The notes under the pieces: generated by a model
Database searches by the model: none
Told to the model about the DNA's origin: nothing
The model's input: only the letters and a program-made list of their open reading frames with translations
Assembly: GCF_052425735.1 (NCBI RefSeq)
Contig: NC_135769.1
Coordinates: 32,984,001 to 33,048,000 of the forward strand
Direction of reading: 5' to 3'
Length of the DNA stretch: 64,000 nt
Source: Oculina patagonica
Lineage: Eukaryota
Part shown: piece after piece, positions 34,942 to 48,355 of the stretch
Numbering within the stretch: the stretch's first letter is position 1
Layout of the letters: each line of letters begins with the position of its first letter
Position numbers and translations under genes: made by a program

Positions 34942-37900
34942 TCATTTCATGGACTGGTCGCCATCTTCACTTGTGAGAAGAAGATGAATTCGTCGAGAAA
35001 GTTCAGGACCAATTCTACGGCTAGTGGCGAGTACCCCGGCACCGCGACGGACCTACAAGGAAAATAGATATTTTTTACCAGTAAGTATCACGCATCAAGT
35101 ATAATAATTGGCACAAAAAAAGACCGTGAAAAACGAGTAATGGTTGACGAAAAGCTGTCTGCTCTTTCTTCTTTTTATATCAAAATCATTTCTTCGGACG
35201 CGTTCGCACTTTCAGCGGTGAAGATATAGCAAATCGAAGAAAACTGACGTATCTACGATTTATCTCTCACTGTTGTAAACTTACCTGGATGTCTTGAAGA
35301 AGTTTCGAAGCTTCTTGTGTGCTGTTACATCGTTTATACGCCTACAAAATATGTTAACAACAAACCCTTCTTACTAAATGTGCGAATGAACTTTCTTAGA
35401 TTACCTTAAACTGTAAGCGGAAATCACCGAAAACAAAACCACTACTGTTTGAAAAAGGGCACCTGGCAGTGGCATTTTTAAAGTTGGTAGGCTAAAAACG
35501 ACATTCTCCTAAGCGGAATTAAAGAAAATTCATGAAAACCAGAGAGGAGATTTTCAATGCCGATCTCGCAAAAAAATCCTTCGTTACCTGAAAGAGACTC
35601 TGTGGGCTGGGGTACACAGCAACTATAGCGGCCGCCATATCAGCTGAAACATTCCTAAACTGTTGGAAATGCTGCTGCCAGACTTTCTTCAAACCTTCTC
35701 CTTCTTTTGTTACCTACAAAATGATAAAAATTGAGATTTGAACAAGTCACAAATGTTTCAGTCTCGGCAAATATAATGGTTAGTTAAATGAAGATTAATT
35801 CGCAAACAATAAAGAAGCAAAATAGTGGTGTTTCCGCGGTTATTTTTACTTCTGTTTACATAACTTGGGCCGGAATACCGGGGGAGAGTGGGCAACAAAG
35901 GAGGAACGTGGACGAAGGGAAAAACACGAGGGAAAACTTATGAGGATCCATATCATATACAGTGTACACCTCTCCCAACCCCACTGAGCTAATTGTCGCC
36001 CGTCATGCAGATTAGCAAATGAAGGACCAGCGGCCTGGTCATCTCAAGAAAGTCTCATCAGTTGACAAACTTTGGAAACAAATTCTCCCAGCGAAAGAAA
36101 AAGGGAATAAATGACTGCAGGAAGGAGAATTTGTAAGTTGATAATGGACCGTCTGACCTTCACAGATCCTTTTTCACCTCCTTCGACACAGAAACTGAAC
36201 GACTCCGGTTGCTTTTTCCTGTTGATAAAAAAAGTTTAATTTTCTTACTCATGATTTAAATTTTGCAATTTTACTTGGTATTTAGATAAGGTACAGCAAG
36301 TCACTAAGGGAGGAGTGCTTCTGTAAAACATTGTGTGCTGTTTCCGTGGTTAATGAAACTTGAATCTTACTTGAACGGCGCCTCAGCCACAGCTTTAGTG
36401 AACATGGTCAGCAGTTCAACAAACTCCTCATCTGTTTCACACATGCGTACTCGGCATTTTGGTTGCTTTATCTGTAGGTCCACAAGCGCTTCTTCCACGT
36501 CAACCCTCGATACCATGACGCTTGGTCCAGACTCCTTTTTAGACTTCTTCCGTCCTTTACCGCTTGTGTTTTCCGTGTCCGAGGAGCTTGGGCCGAGAAC
36601 GGCGCTTCGAAAGTGGCGTTGTTGAGTGACCTTTACATCTCTTCAGAGAGAAAAAAAAAGAATGAAAAGTGGGTTACATATTAAGCAGTATTGGACAGCA
36701 GTAGAATAACAGACTTCATAGTACAATGTAGAGCCATACATTATAACACACCTGCAATACTTTTCAAGTCCTAGCACAACAATTGTAATAATTTTTCCTG
36801 GGTAAATTGCCAGAGCTCTTTCGCTAAATGTGCACAAGGTTTCCTCATCGGCGATCACAGAGATGGTGGGATTTTGCATCTCCTGAAAAAAATAAGGAAA
36901 ATGCATACTGGTTGAGAACCTCGATGGCACATTTTAATGTGCGGCTTAAAGGAGTTGAGGTGTGAATAAAATTCACATTTGTTTTTCTTTTTTTTAAGCA
37001 CTCATAACTATCGCCGACATATCTGAACCACCATTTGGATTGCTGAGGAGTCGATGAAAGAGCCTTTTCTTCAATTGTTGTAGCTCTCATGAAAAATTCA
37101 AAAATCATTTCCTTAGCACACTCATTATCACATTTATTGTATATTTTATAATTTTCTTTCATATAACACCAGGCACGCCATAAGTTATTTACATATTTTT
37201 ACTGAAGAAGGTTGCAGCAGTAACCCAAACGTCAGAACATAGTTTATAAAGCCAGTGTCGCCTTTTTATGTTTGGCTACAAACAAAGTATTTTTAAATGG
37301 GTTTTATTTGACACAAATTGCATGCTATTTTGCCATTTGATCTTACCTCACGAAATTGAAAAACCATTTCAACGAACTTAATGGCTGACAAGCGAACGAC
37401 TGCATGTTTTTCGTCTGTAAAAGAAGTCTTTGTGGAGATCTAAAATAAGGAAAAATGATTCAGTCATTACGAGAATGCCTCTGATGGCTATATACAATGC
37501 TGTAGTAAATTACCTTTTCATTTTCTTAACTTTGCAATTGGATTAAAAAAAGACTGCAACGAGCTTGAGGATGTGTTTTCTATCCATCAGGTAAATCGAG
37601 ATTTTTCCCGCGCTAGCCTACAGAATACACCGATTCAGCGTAAGCCGGAAGTTGCATGGAAACGAGGCCTAAGGGCCCTCGGCGGCTAAAAACTATAAAG
37701 ATTTTACTAGCGTGTGGGGCATTTCGAGTCGAAAGAAAGCATTTCCTTTACAAATTAGCCAGGATTCTTGATCCCTATCAGTGCAAACGTATAAAGAGAA
37801 GAAATGTTAATGTCTACCAGGCGACAGGCGAAATTCTAACAGCTTTAATAGCGGTAAGATTTTGCCGCCAACTTCAATATTCCCTCGCCAGCATTGGCTG

Positions 37901-39671
37901 AATTTCATCCGTTCTCTCAGGTAGTTTACAATCAATTTTGAATTTTGTTGATCAATAAAATGAAACCACTTAAAAATCCAGAATACCTTTTAAGAAACAG
38001 GTTTTTCTGTGGGAAGGAAGCCCTTTGGTTTTTTGATCTAAATGAAAACTTTCTAATATATTAATGGCGAAACTCGCGAAAACGTCACGCACACATCATT
38101 AAAGACAGTACTGATTCTGTTACAGAATTTGTTAGATTTTTTCAGTAGAATTTGTGATTGGCATGAACTGTTTCAAGTGTAAATTGAATTTTACATGTAT
38201 TTGAGTTGCAGATTCATACAGGTTAATAATAAAATAAAGCCAACTTTCATATCAAAAGAATTATAATATAAAGTACACAACGTCGTTTTCGACGCCAATG
38301 GCTGAGTTGTGTGTATACACGGAAGGTTATTTAGTGTTTAAATTCATCGATGCTTTTTAATTAAACACACAGATTCTAGAGTAGTAGCAAAATGTAGCAG
38401 TGTATTCATAGCAGACTCGGTTGTTATTACCGGTAAAATTATACTGACCTGGAAGCTTACATGTAAACAATAAAATCTTCTCTTGCCGGTCAAATTCGAT
38501 CCAGTTCAGAAATGAAGTCAGGTCCGTAAAATAATTCAGTGAAAGAAATCTGACATACCTGTATTTGACTGGGTTGACTGTACGCTTTTCGATTGTTGAT
38601 TAATTATTATGATTGGGAAATGTTACAACAAACTGCGATACATGTTTACGTGATCTTTTCTGTCGAAACAAACTAACATAATTTAGATAACTGAAACTAT
38701 TTGTGAGACATGTTTACGCGTGACTCTCTACGATTCTATGTCGATACCTGCAACTTTTTATTCGGATTGAAAACCTAAGGGGCTCTCAAAACCAAATTAA
38801 TTTTGTTCTTCAAAAGTTCCATTCAGTGAATCATAAGGTAGTTACGTTCGTTTTTATTGATTAACAAAATCCAAAATTGAGTGTAGCCAGAGAGCGGCAA
38901 ACATTCAGGCTATGCTGATGAGTAAATATAAAATATTCGATTCCAAAGAAGATGACAACAAAATCTTACCGGTAAGATGTAAGAATTTCTTCTATAGCCT
39001 GCAAGACCTTAAATTTCTTCTTCTTATACTTTTGAACTAATAAGAATCAAGATTCGTGGCTAATTTGTAAAGGGAATGCTTTTACCAACTCAAAATGCCC
39101 CACACGCTTATAATTTTGAGCCGCCGAGGGCCCTTAGGCCTTGTTCACATGCAACTTCCGGCTTTCGCTGAAATTTGAGTTACGGTACGGACAACCTTGG
39201 CTCTTAGATGTCTTCTTTCTGCTGCATGTATTCTTGCAGGAGCAGCTCTGTGGTAAATAAAACACGTTCCAATATATAGATTCAAGTTATCTTAGTACCC
39301 GTATGTGTGAAATATAATAATAGCTGAACAACACTCGCCACTCGATTTAAGACGACCACGTTGGTTGCGGTCGCTTCATTGTCGATTTCTTTTAGCCTCG
39401 ATTAAAAAACGGCGACTGTTGTTAAGCTTTCACCGCCTGTTATTATCTCCATATCCATATCCATATTCATATTCATAATCTCACGCCTTTGCCTTACCGA
39501 GGAGAGCCGCGGAGATTTGCACATACATTTGGTAAAGACGCGCAAAAAGTACGTAACACGGGAACTCGCGTACACCGGAACTCACGTACACAGGAACTCG
39601 CGTACACCGGAACTCACGTACACCAGAACTCGCTTACACCGGAACTCGCGTATGACACTTGCATATGGCGT

Positions 39672-39704
<33 letters not shown>

Positions 39705-42700
39705 ATCCTTTAAAATATCGTAATTAGTGCAGGATATCCTTGCCGCTGCGTTTACTCGCAAGGAAATGGGTTTTGTGGTTTGGCAAGGCTATTTTTAACT
39801 CGTTTTAGTACGTGAGAAACTGCCGTTCCTTGTCACTACTCTGGTATAAATAGGAGCACGTGTTTAGCTCGTAGTCAGTTTAGTTCTCGAGAATTTACTG
39901 AGTGGATCAAGAGCAGAAAGAAAGAGCTTGCTTCTAGCAAGGTAGGCTCGATTGGTTTGTTTATTTGCTATTAACAGTACTTGACCTCGCTAATTTCTGC
40001 ATAATTCTAGTCGCTTTATCTTGTAGCTTTAGTCTTCGTTGTGTTTTTTTAGCTTAATCTTAGAGTTTTGTTTAACCAAGTTAGAAAAACACAAATATTA
40101 TATTTGGTGATGAAAGCAATCAAGATAAAGTTGAAAGTTGTTCACGTGCCCACCACCACAGGCATCCGTGGGGCCACTTGCCACACTAAGCATAAGTACT
40201 CAAAAAAGGGCAGATTAGACCAGATTACTGGTGTCAAATCCCCCGCCTAGGAGCATAACCAGAGACAGCACTGAGCCTGACTTTCGTTGGCGAAGACTTA
40301 AAGAAAGGTGTGAAACAAAATGTATATAGTATAACGACACAAAAAATAATCTTACAAGAAATACCTTTATTTCTCTCTCAGCGTTTGCCTCTTGTTCACG
40401 GTGGCGAGCAAAAGCACTGAGATTTCTATTTACTAAAACCGCGGCTGTTTTGTTTTTACACGAAACTTTCTTCGTCCCGCACTTGCAATTGTCACAGGCC
40501 AGCTCAAATTTGAGTCACGGCACGGACAACCTTGGCTGGTAAAGACGTGCAAAAAGTACGTAACACCGGAACTCGCGTAACACCGGAACTCACGTATGAC
40601 ACTCGCGTATGGCGTATGTAAACAAAAACAAAGGTGTAGCTGACTAGGGTCCTTTTAAATATCGTAATTAGTGCAGGAAACAACAACGATCTTTTATTTC
40701 GTGCCCAGAAGAGTTTATATTAAGTAAATACATGCAAGAGTAAGGCTACTCGAGCTAAGTGGCTGGGCCTAGCGGGAAAAAATATCCTTGCCGCTGCGTT
40801 TATTCGCAAGGAAATGGTTTTTACGGTTTGGCAAGACTATTTTTAACTCGTTTTAGTACGTGAGAAACTGCCGTTCCTTGCCACTACTCTGGTATACACG
40901 TACACTGATTCAGCGTAAGCTGGAAGTTGCATGGAAACGAGGCCTAAGGGCCCTCGGCGGGTCAAAATTCATAAAGTTTTTATTAGCGTGTGGGGCATTT
41001 CGAGTCGGTAAAAGCATTCCCTTTACAAATTAGCCGCGAATCTTGATCCTAAGTTCAAAAGTATAAGAAGAAGAAATTAAAGGTCTAGCAGGCTAGAGAA
41101 GAAATTCTTACAGCTTACCGGTAAGATTTTGTTGTCTCCTTCTTTGGAATCGAATATTTTATATTCGCTCATCAGCATAACCTGAATGTTTGCCGTTCAC
41201 ACTCAATTTTGGATTTTGTTAATCAATAAAACGAACTACCTTATGATTTACTGAATGGAACTTTTGAAGAACAAATTTGGTTTTTAGAGACCCTTAGGTT
41301 TTCAATAATAAAATAATAATAATACTCTTTATTTCAACACGGTAAAAAATCATCAGGACTTAAAATACATAGTAATACTTATTTAAAACTACTTAATACC
41401 TATTTTACATAATAAATTTAAATTACATTAGTCGTCTACAATGAATTAATTAGTTATAATAAAAGAAATGCCTGCTTTCCATGAATGCCGTGTGATGTTA
41501 ATATTTACATTGATTCTAGCCAAAAACGAAACTGCTGCAGCCGAATTTAAAGCTAGTGAGAGTTTGTGCTTGCCGAAGGTCGACAGGTAAACTGTTCCAC
41601 AGCACCGCACCTCTATAGACCTCTATAGCTAAAACTGTTTTTAAAACAGTTAGTTTACCCGCGGACCCTCTCAGTGAATAGGTACATGTATTGCTTCTAT
41701 TAGAAAACATTGTCCTAAGGTAGTCAGGTGCAAGACCATTGAGTGATTTATAGACCATGACGGCTGTTTTAAATTTAAATTGGACATCGAGTTTATTCCA
41801 GCCAAGTCTTGCAATAAGATCATCAGCATTGGCATCGTAGGAAGAAGAGGTCAAGATACGCGCAGCATGGTTTTGCAGTTTTTGTAGTTTACTTGCCAGA
41901 GTTTTACTGCAATTCCCCCAAACGACACTACAATAATCAAAATGGGGTTGTACTAAAGAGTTATAGATACATAGTAATGTCTTAAATGGAACAAAAGACC
42001 TGCTACGCTTTAGGGTGCCAATGCCAGATGCAATCTTTTTAGAAATATTTGTAATGTGTAGATTCCAAGTTAGGTTCTTATCTATATATACACCAAGGGA
42101 TTTTGTAAATTCAACTTGCTTTATAGAGTCACCATTTATTGAGAAGGACAAAGGTCTACTCAAAATACTTAATCCGAATAAAAAGTTGCAGGTATCGACA
42201 GTGTCAGATACGTAGAGAAGGTCACGCGTAAACATGTGTCACAAATAGTTTCAGTTATCTAAATTATGTTAGTTTGTTTCGACAGAGAAGCTCGGGTAAA
42301 CATGTGCTGCAGTTTGTTGTTACATTTTCCAATCATAATAATTAATCAACAATTGAAAAGCGTACAGTCAACCCAGTCAAATACAGGTATGTCAGATTTT
42401 TTCACTGAATTTTTTTACGGACGGACCTGATTTCATTTGTGAAATGGATCGAATTTGACCGGCAAGAAAATATTTTCTAGTTTACATGTAAGCCTCCAGG
42501 TCGGTATAACTTTACCGGTAATAACAACCGAGTCTGCTTTGTATACACTGCTACACTTTGCTACTACTCTAGAATTTGTGTGTTTAAAAAGCATTGATGA
42601 CTTTAAACACTAAATAAGCTTCCATGTATACACACCGACTCACCCATTGGCGTCGAAAACGACGTTGTGTACTTTATATTATCATTCTTTTGATATGAAA

Positions 42701-45700
42701 GTCGGCTTTATTTTATTATTAACCTGTTCCATGAATCTGCAACTCAAATACATGTACAATTCAATTTACACCTGAAACAGTTCATGCCAATCACAAATTC
42801 TACTGAAAAAATCTGTCAAATTCTGTAACAGAATCAGTAGACTGTCTTTAATGATGTTTGCGTGAATACGCGAGTTTCTCAATAATACTAGAAAGTTTTC
42901 ATTCAGATCGAAAACCACAGGGCTACCTGGTAAGGAAAGGGTTAAAAGGTATTCTGGACTTTAAAAGGGTTTCATTTTATTGATTAACAAAATTCAAAAT
43001 TGATTGTAAACTATCTGAGAGAACAGATGAAATTCAGCCTATGCTGGAGAGATGGGGGGAATATTGAAGTTTGGCAGCAAAATCGTACCGCTAAGCTGTT
43101 AGAATTTCGCCTGTCGCCTGGTAGACATTAAAATTTCTTCTCTTTATACGTTTGCACTGATAGGGATCAAGAATCGTGGCTAATTTGTAAAGGAAATGCT
43201 TTATTTCGACTTGAAACGCCCCAAACGCTAGTAAAAACTTTATAGTTTTTAGCCGCCGAGGGCCGTTAGGCCTCGTTTCCATGCAACTTCCGGCTTACGC
43301 TGAATCGGTGTATACAGTTACATAAATTCCCGAGCTTCTAACTGGTGGTAAGAATTACTTCCGGTTACGTTTTCCCGCGCTTGCTGCCAGTGACCTGTTT
43401 TTTTCGCGCTCTCCATTGATTACATTTTCCTTGTTTGCCACTGGTATACATGAACTCCAGTTACTGCTATTGTTCTGAGTTAATAGTGTCTTGCACCATT
43501 TCAGGTTTTAGTTTTAGTTTTACAACACAGTTTAGCATAAGAGGTTTTTTTTTTTTACTGTTACAAGTGACCAACAAGTCGAACATAATTAAATAAACCT
43601 ATTTTAACAATCTTTATTGTAAGAGATCTTAGCGCTTTTTATCTTTTTATCATTGTAACAATTTATCTATTTTTAGCGTTTTTATTTTTTATTTTACCTT
43701 AATATAGTTTTAATGTTTTTTATCTACTAGTTTTAATGTTTTATTTACACACGACCCCACAAGCTATGTAGCTTTTTTATCCCATCGTGTATAAATAAAG
43801 GTTTTGATTTGATTTGATTTGAAGTAATCCAGTCTTTGCTTTGGTTTAAAAAAATAAAAATAAAAAAAAAGAGGTTGCGTTTTAACCTAATACCGAGCAA
43901 AAGCTACACCAACCAAGACTTTGTCATTCAACAAAATTTTTTCAAAAGATCTCTTCATGTAAACTGCACCTGAAGTGTATCTGACTGCACATCATGCTGG
44001 AGGCAAGCTCTCTGCCATGTGATGCTGCCAGGAATCTGCTGTGATTGTGTTTTGTGACTTGCACCCAGTGAGTCCAACTTCTGAAGGAGAACACTTTCCT
44101 CTGGAAGCTGACCATTGGTTAGAATTTCAGGGTCGATGCAGACCACTATTTGCTGTTGAAAGACATTTTAACCAAATGCATCATAAAAGGTACCGTACAT
44201 AATTATCATTATCATCATCATTATCATCATCATCATTATCATCATAATCATTATCATCATCATTATCATCATCATTATCATCATCATTATCATCACCAAC
44301 AACAACAACAACAGCTACAATAAATAATATTTGGCATTCTGCAGTAATTTAGAAGAGAAAAGGTAAATTGCCTTGTACCTTGATACAGCCATCCAATCGA
44401 TTATTTTTTTGATTCATACTCTCTGCCTAAACCAAGAAATGATAGAAATCCATTAATTTTGGTAAATAACTTACAAGTTGAAATCTGCTATCAAGTTGGA
44501 TTACATGTGTAGTATTGTACATGAACAAACAAGTAGAACAGCAGAAAATCCTGGAGTGGTAATACTCTGAGGAAAACCAACAACCTTACAGGGAAGGTTC
44601 TGCATGAAGGACCCATCGCAGAAAAAAGATAGATGAAGACCAAATAGCACCTGAAGAAGGAACATGCTAGTTCAGCAGAAGAAAACCAGTCAAAGTACAA
44701 ACCCATTTGATAAACAAAATCATGTAGTTTACAAAATTATGGTGAAATTTCTAATTTTTAAAGTTTGAACAGATACCAGTTTTAGACTGAATTCAATTGA
44801 TGGGATTAATTTTGTCTAAAATACAATGTTTTATGTACAGGATCATGCGGTCTTTAGTTCACTCCTTATTGGATAGCACCCCAAAACAATGACCAAGGTC
44901 AGGAAAGGCAGCCCAGAATCAAGCTTGCTGGTAGGAGGTCATCAATGACCTAGCAACTAGGCCTTGAAGTATATCCTTTGTTCCATTTACAAACCTTTTT
45001 CAATAGTTTCTCTTTATCTTTAGCCATTTTTATCTTTCCTCTAGCTTGTGCTCTGGCCTGCTGTTCTTTCTCTATAGCTTCCTTCTTGGCTTGCCGTTCC
45101 TGTTCTTTGGCTTGTTTTTTCAACTGCAAAACATTATTTTGAAGCAGTAGGAGAATTATTCACTGGCTACAGACTGCAATCAGGAATGTAGCAGGAAATT
45201 TAGTAAAGCACAAACTTACAAGCACACACAATAGTTTAATACATGATGTGGCATTTTACAGGCATTTGCAAGCACTTGCTGAAGCAAGCTACATCTGTAT
45301 CTGTACAAGGCTACAGACTCAGTCTGATTTGTAGGATTGTGTTGTTCCAGGAAATATAAAAATACCTCATGGAAAGTTTTCTGGTAATTGAACCTGTCCA
45401 AATCACTCCCCCTACCCCTCCACCTCTGCCTCCCCCTCCCACCTTCCTCTACCCTTCTTGATGACCCTTACTGGTTACCAGTCATTTCCTGTAAAGGATC
45501 AGGAAGGATCTTCTGAGCAATCAACATAACAAGAAAAGTTACATTAAACTTACAAGAGCGTCATTCCTTTGCCTTATGATTTCCTCTGGTGACCTTTTCT
45601 TTCTCTTTCCCGGAATTTCAGAATCCTCTTGAGATTCAAGGTTGCTGCTTCTTTGCATTCTAGAGTCACTGCTTTTGTAATTATCTGTGCATGAGCTGGT

Positions 45701-48355
45701 AAAAGAATGGCTGCTCCCTTCACTACCCGAATGCAAAGAAGATGGCAAAACACAAGGAAGGTCGTCGCTATCTTCACAGCTGTCTGTGTCGTGATCAGAT
45801 GGTGATGAATCAACAAATTTTTTGCCATATTTTTCAAAGTACTCCTTTCTAGCATTCTTGTTCTGATATGGTGGTCCTGCCTTACTTGTGTGTGGTTTTT
45901 GTTTCTTAACTAAAACACAGTCATCCTGGGTTGTTTTTCGTGATTTAGCGGCATATGAATGTAAACTGTTTTGCTCTTCTTGACTGTCATCATCTGAGGA
46001 GGAGAGATCAACTATTGCGCTTGTTCGTTTGTGCTTTGTCGACATTTTCTTGTTTTCTTCCCCTACATGACAAGATGTTTCCTTGGCTGTTGTTACCTCT
46101 GAAGGCTTTGATTGTTTGGAACAGCTTTTATCAGATTTTCTGTCATTCATTCTACTCTTTAAAGCACTAAATAAACTTTTCCTCTCTTCTTGAACTATCA
46201 TAATGTCATCGTCATCATCTGTATCAGTATACACATCAGTGTCACTGGAATCGTTATTACTTTGCTGTGACTTTGCCCTGTTAACAGATGCTGTTGAACT
46301 CTTGGAGGTTGCAGAATCAGCTGCACATCTTTTAACTTGATCCTGGGTTCGGGTCTCCGATGATGTGCTTTCAGCATCAAAATCAATATTAACTACTGTA
46401 GGAAACTGACAATTGATACAAAATCAAATAATTAATGTCAACTCTCTATGACAAATATTTAATACATGTACATCAAAATGGCACCAATATGAGAAGCATG
46501 GACAGTAATAACTATTATTTGATATATTTATTTGTTTTTATAGATAACTCAGAATTTAAAACGTTGACTTTTATGTATTACAATTTATGTAATGGTTCAA
46601 CCCTCCGAGTTTATTTTTTTTCTTTTTGGCATTTTGCCCAATTTTTTTTTTTGTCGAATTAAATTTTTTTTTTTAAATTTATCTCTTTTTTTTTTTTTTT
46701 TTTTAAATTTTCCTTTTTTTTTTTTTTTTTTTTTTTGGTGGTTGGTAAAAAGATTATTGTGGGAGATGTGGTGGCCTGAGTGGTCTGAGTTCCACCCCTG
46801 GCCGGGATAATTGTGTTGTGTTCTTGGGCAAGAAACTTTACTCTTATAGCTTCTGTCTCAACCAAAGTGTATAAATGGGTACCGGCAAATTATCTGGGTG
46901 GTTACCCTGCAATGGACTAGCCTCCCATCTAGGGGGGGGGGGGGGGGTTTTCTTATGCAAAATAGGATAAGCTCTGGTGGTATGGGCCACTTGGCTCAAT
47001 GAAATCAATAATTACAAAAACCTTAAAGTCATGGATAGATCGTTTTCACATGACATAAAGTACTAAAATCCGAAACTTTTGAGACACCACTGACCAAAGG
47101 TTGTATCTAACTCAGGCATAAGAAGTACTAAAATGAAATCTGTTTACAACTTTTCAGCTCAATAGCGTCCTTTGTTTAGAAGCTAGCACCTATTGAATTT
47201 CAGTGTTATGGCGGTGCGCGACATAAAGTTACGATCATGTTTGTCAAAAAATATATATTATTTATCTTGTGATTTTTAGCGATTTGAGAAGTTAAAGTAG
47301 CAGGAAAAGTGTTCATGTAAATGTTTATTTGTCAACTACAGATAAGGCCTAGATGACCAATTTGGTTCCAAATGTTTACATTTTTTTCCGGCATGGTGTA
47401 CCGCGGAAGTACAAAACAGATGGCGGCTCCATACTAGCTCATAGTCATATATACTGGGCTCTGTAAGTTTCTGCAATAAGTTTCGGCGAATATCTGAAGT
47501 TTGGGATAACGCACAAACCTAAAACTTGGAGAAATGTCTTCTTTATTATCTCCTTTAGTATCCCATTTTCTTGACTTCATTGACTGAATGGTTTTTCGAT
47601 TTTTCTTGCGTGACAGTGAAAACGATCCCCGGGGGGGGGGGGGGACTCCCATATTAAAGGGACGGGGATGCTCGTTGGAAATTTTGAAAAGAACCCCTAA
47701 AAGAGACCAATCTGGGCGTGACTCAAGCTATTTTAGACCCCTAAAAGATACCAAAATTCTCAGAAAAAGAACTTAGATTTGTATATTTCTTCGTGTGCAA
47801 CCCTAAACGAGACCCTGACGGCTAAAAATATTGTCATTTTCTTGCATTTTCTCCAGAACACCCTAAGCGAGACCCAAAGTCCGAAATTTATACCCCTAAG
47901 CGAGACGATGAGCATCCCCGTCACTCCCATATGGGAGTCCCCCCCCCCCCCCGGGAAACGATCTATTGTTCATCAGTCATGAAGAGATTTCCGAATAGAT
48001 CCACACTTCATTGTCCAGTATTTATTTCATGCTATGCTTCACACACAAAAGGGAGTCGTTAAAAGACCGAGAATTACAAACCTGATATCAATCAGTATGC
48101 ATTAATCGATTATTTAGACCCCCGGCCTCTTGCAGTCACATAGCAACTGACATGTGGAATAAGCTTGCGTAAAACAAAATCTGTATGCTCACTTACCTGA
48201 CCGTCCAAAATTCTGTTGATTGTACGTGTTGCACTTCCTGTGATGACCAAATCCTTAGCTACATCCTTACGATCTACATCTGGGCAGATTGACATCACAT
48301 TGTCGATCATACTTTGTGGTACACTCTTGTACGGTGAAACAGCTTCGTCCGCCAT
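34942..48355 (-). CDS. EME1: Crossover junction endonuclease subunit EME1 (MUS81 partner), 12 exons, 739 aa
   Basis: Exons 48197-48355, 45554-46405, 44995-45123, 44379-44426, 43970-44152, 37347-37439, 36752-36882, 36371-36640 (SRVDVEEALVDLQ...FTKAVAEAPFK), 36158-36218, 35588-35713 (VWQQHFQQFRNVSADMAAAIVAVYPSPQSL), 35285-35341, 34942-35052 (VRRGAGVLATSRRIGPELSRRI); 2220 nt in frame. Confidence 0.93.
37628..39172 (+). mobile_element. Copy A of a ~1.55-kb non-autonomous TIR element
   Basis: Starts ta|caccgattcagcgtaagccggaagttgc, ends gcaacttccggctttcgctgaa (last few bases missing); reverse-complement match to 40903-43310. Confidence 0.85.
39556..39651. repeat. 16-bp tandem repeat, 6 copies
   Basis: acaccggaactc(g/a)cgt units; 2 copies at the paralogous site ~40563-40596. 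Confidence 0.85.
40903..43310 (-). mobile_element. Copy B (inverted) of the same TIR element, TA-flanked, with nested LINE fragment
   Basis: ta|cactgattcagcgtaagc ... gcttacgctgaatcggtg|ta; colinear with copy A except for the insertion at 41307-42173. Confidence 0.85.
41307..42173 (-). mobile_element. 5'-truncated CR1/L2-group LINE (ORF2 C-terminus)
   Basis: ORF 41516-42235: KSLGVYIDKNLTW, IYNSLVQPHFDYCSVVWG, LQKLQNHAARIL, YRGAVLWNSLP; aat-repeat tail at ~41304-41325; the empty site (caat|ccgaat) is visible in copy A. Confidence 0.9.
44203..44312. repeat. (ATC/ATT)n grading into (AAC)n microsatellite
   Basis: Direct reading. Confidence 0.9.
46761..46998 (+). mobile_element. Degenerate tRNA-derived SINE-like element
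   Basis: gtggtggcctgagtgg (A-box-like), gagttccacccc (B-box-like) followed by ttgtgttgtgttcttgggcaag core. Confidence 0.5.
47628..47955. mobile_element. CCCGGGG-terminal MITE (8-bp TSD) nested in the right end of another MITE (47033-47966)
   Basis: cccgggg...actcccat / atgggagtcccc...ccggg termini, aaacgatc duplicated on both sides; host termini atagatcgttttcac / gtgaaaacgatctat. Confidence 0.8.
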
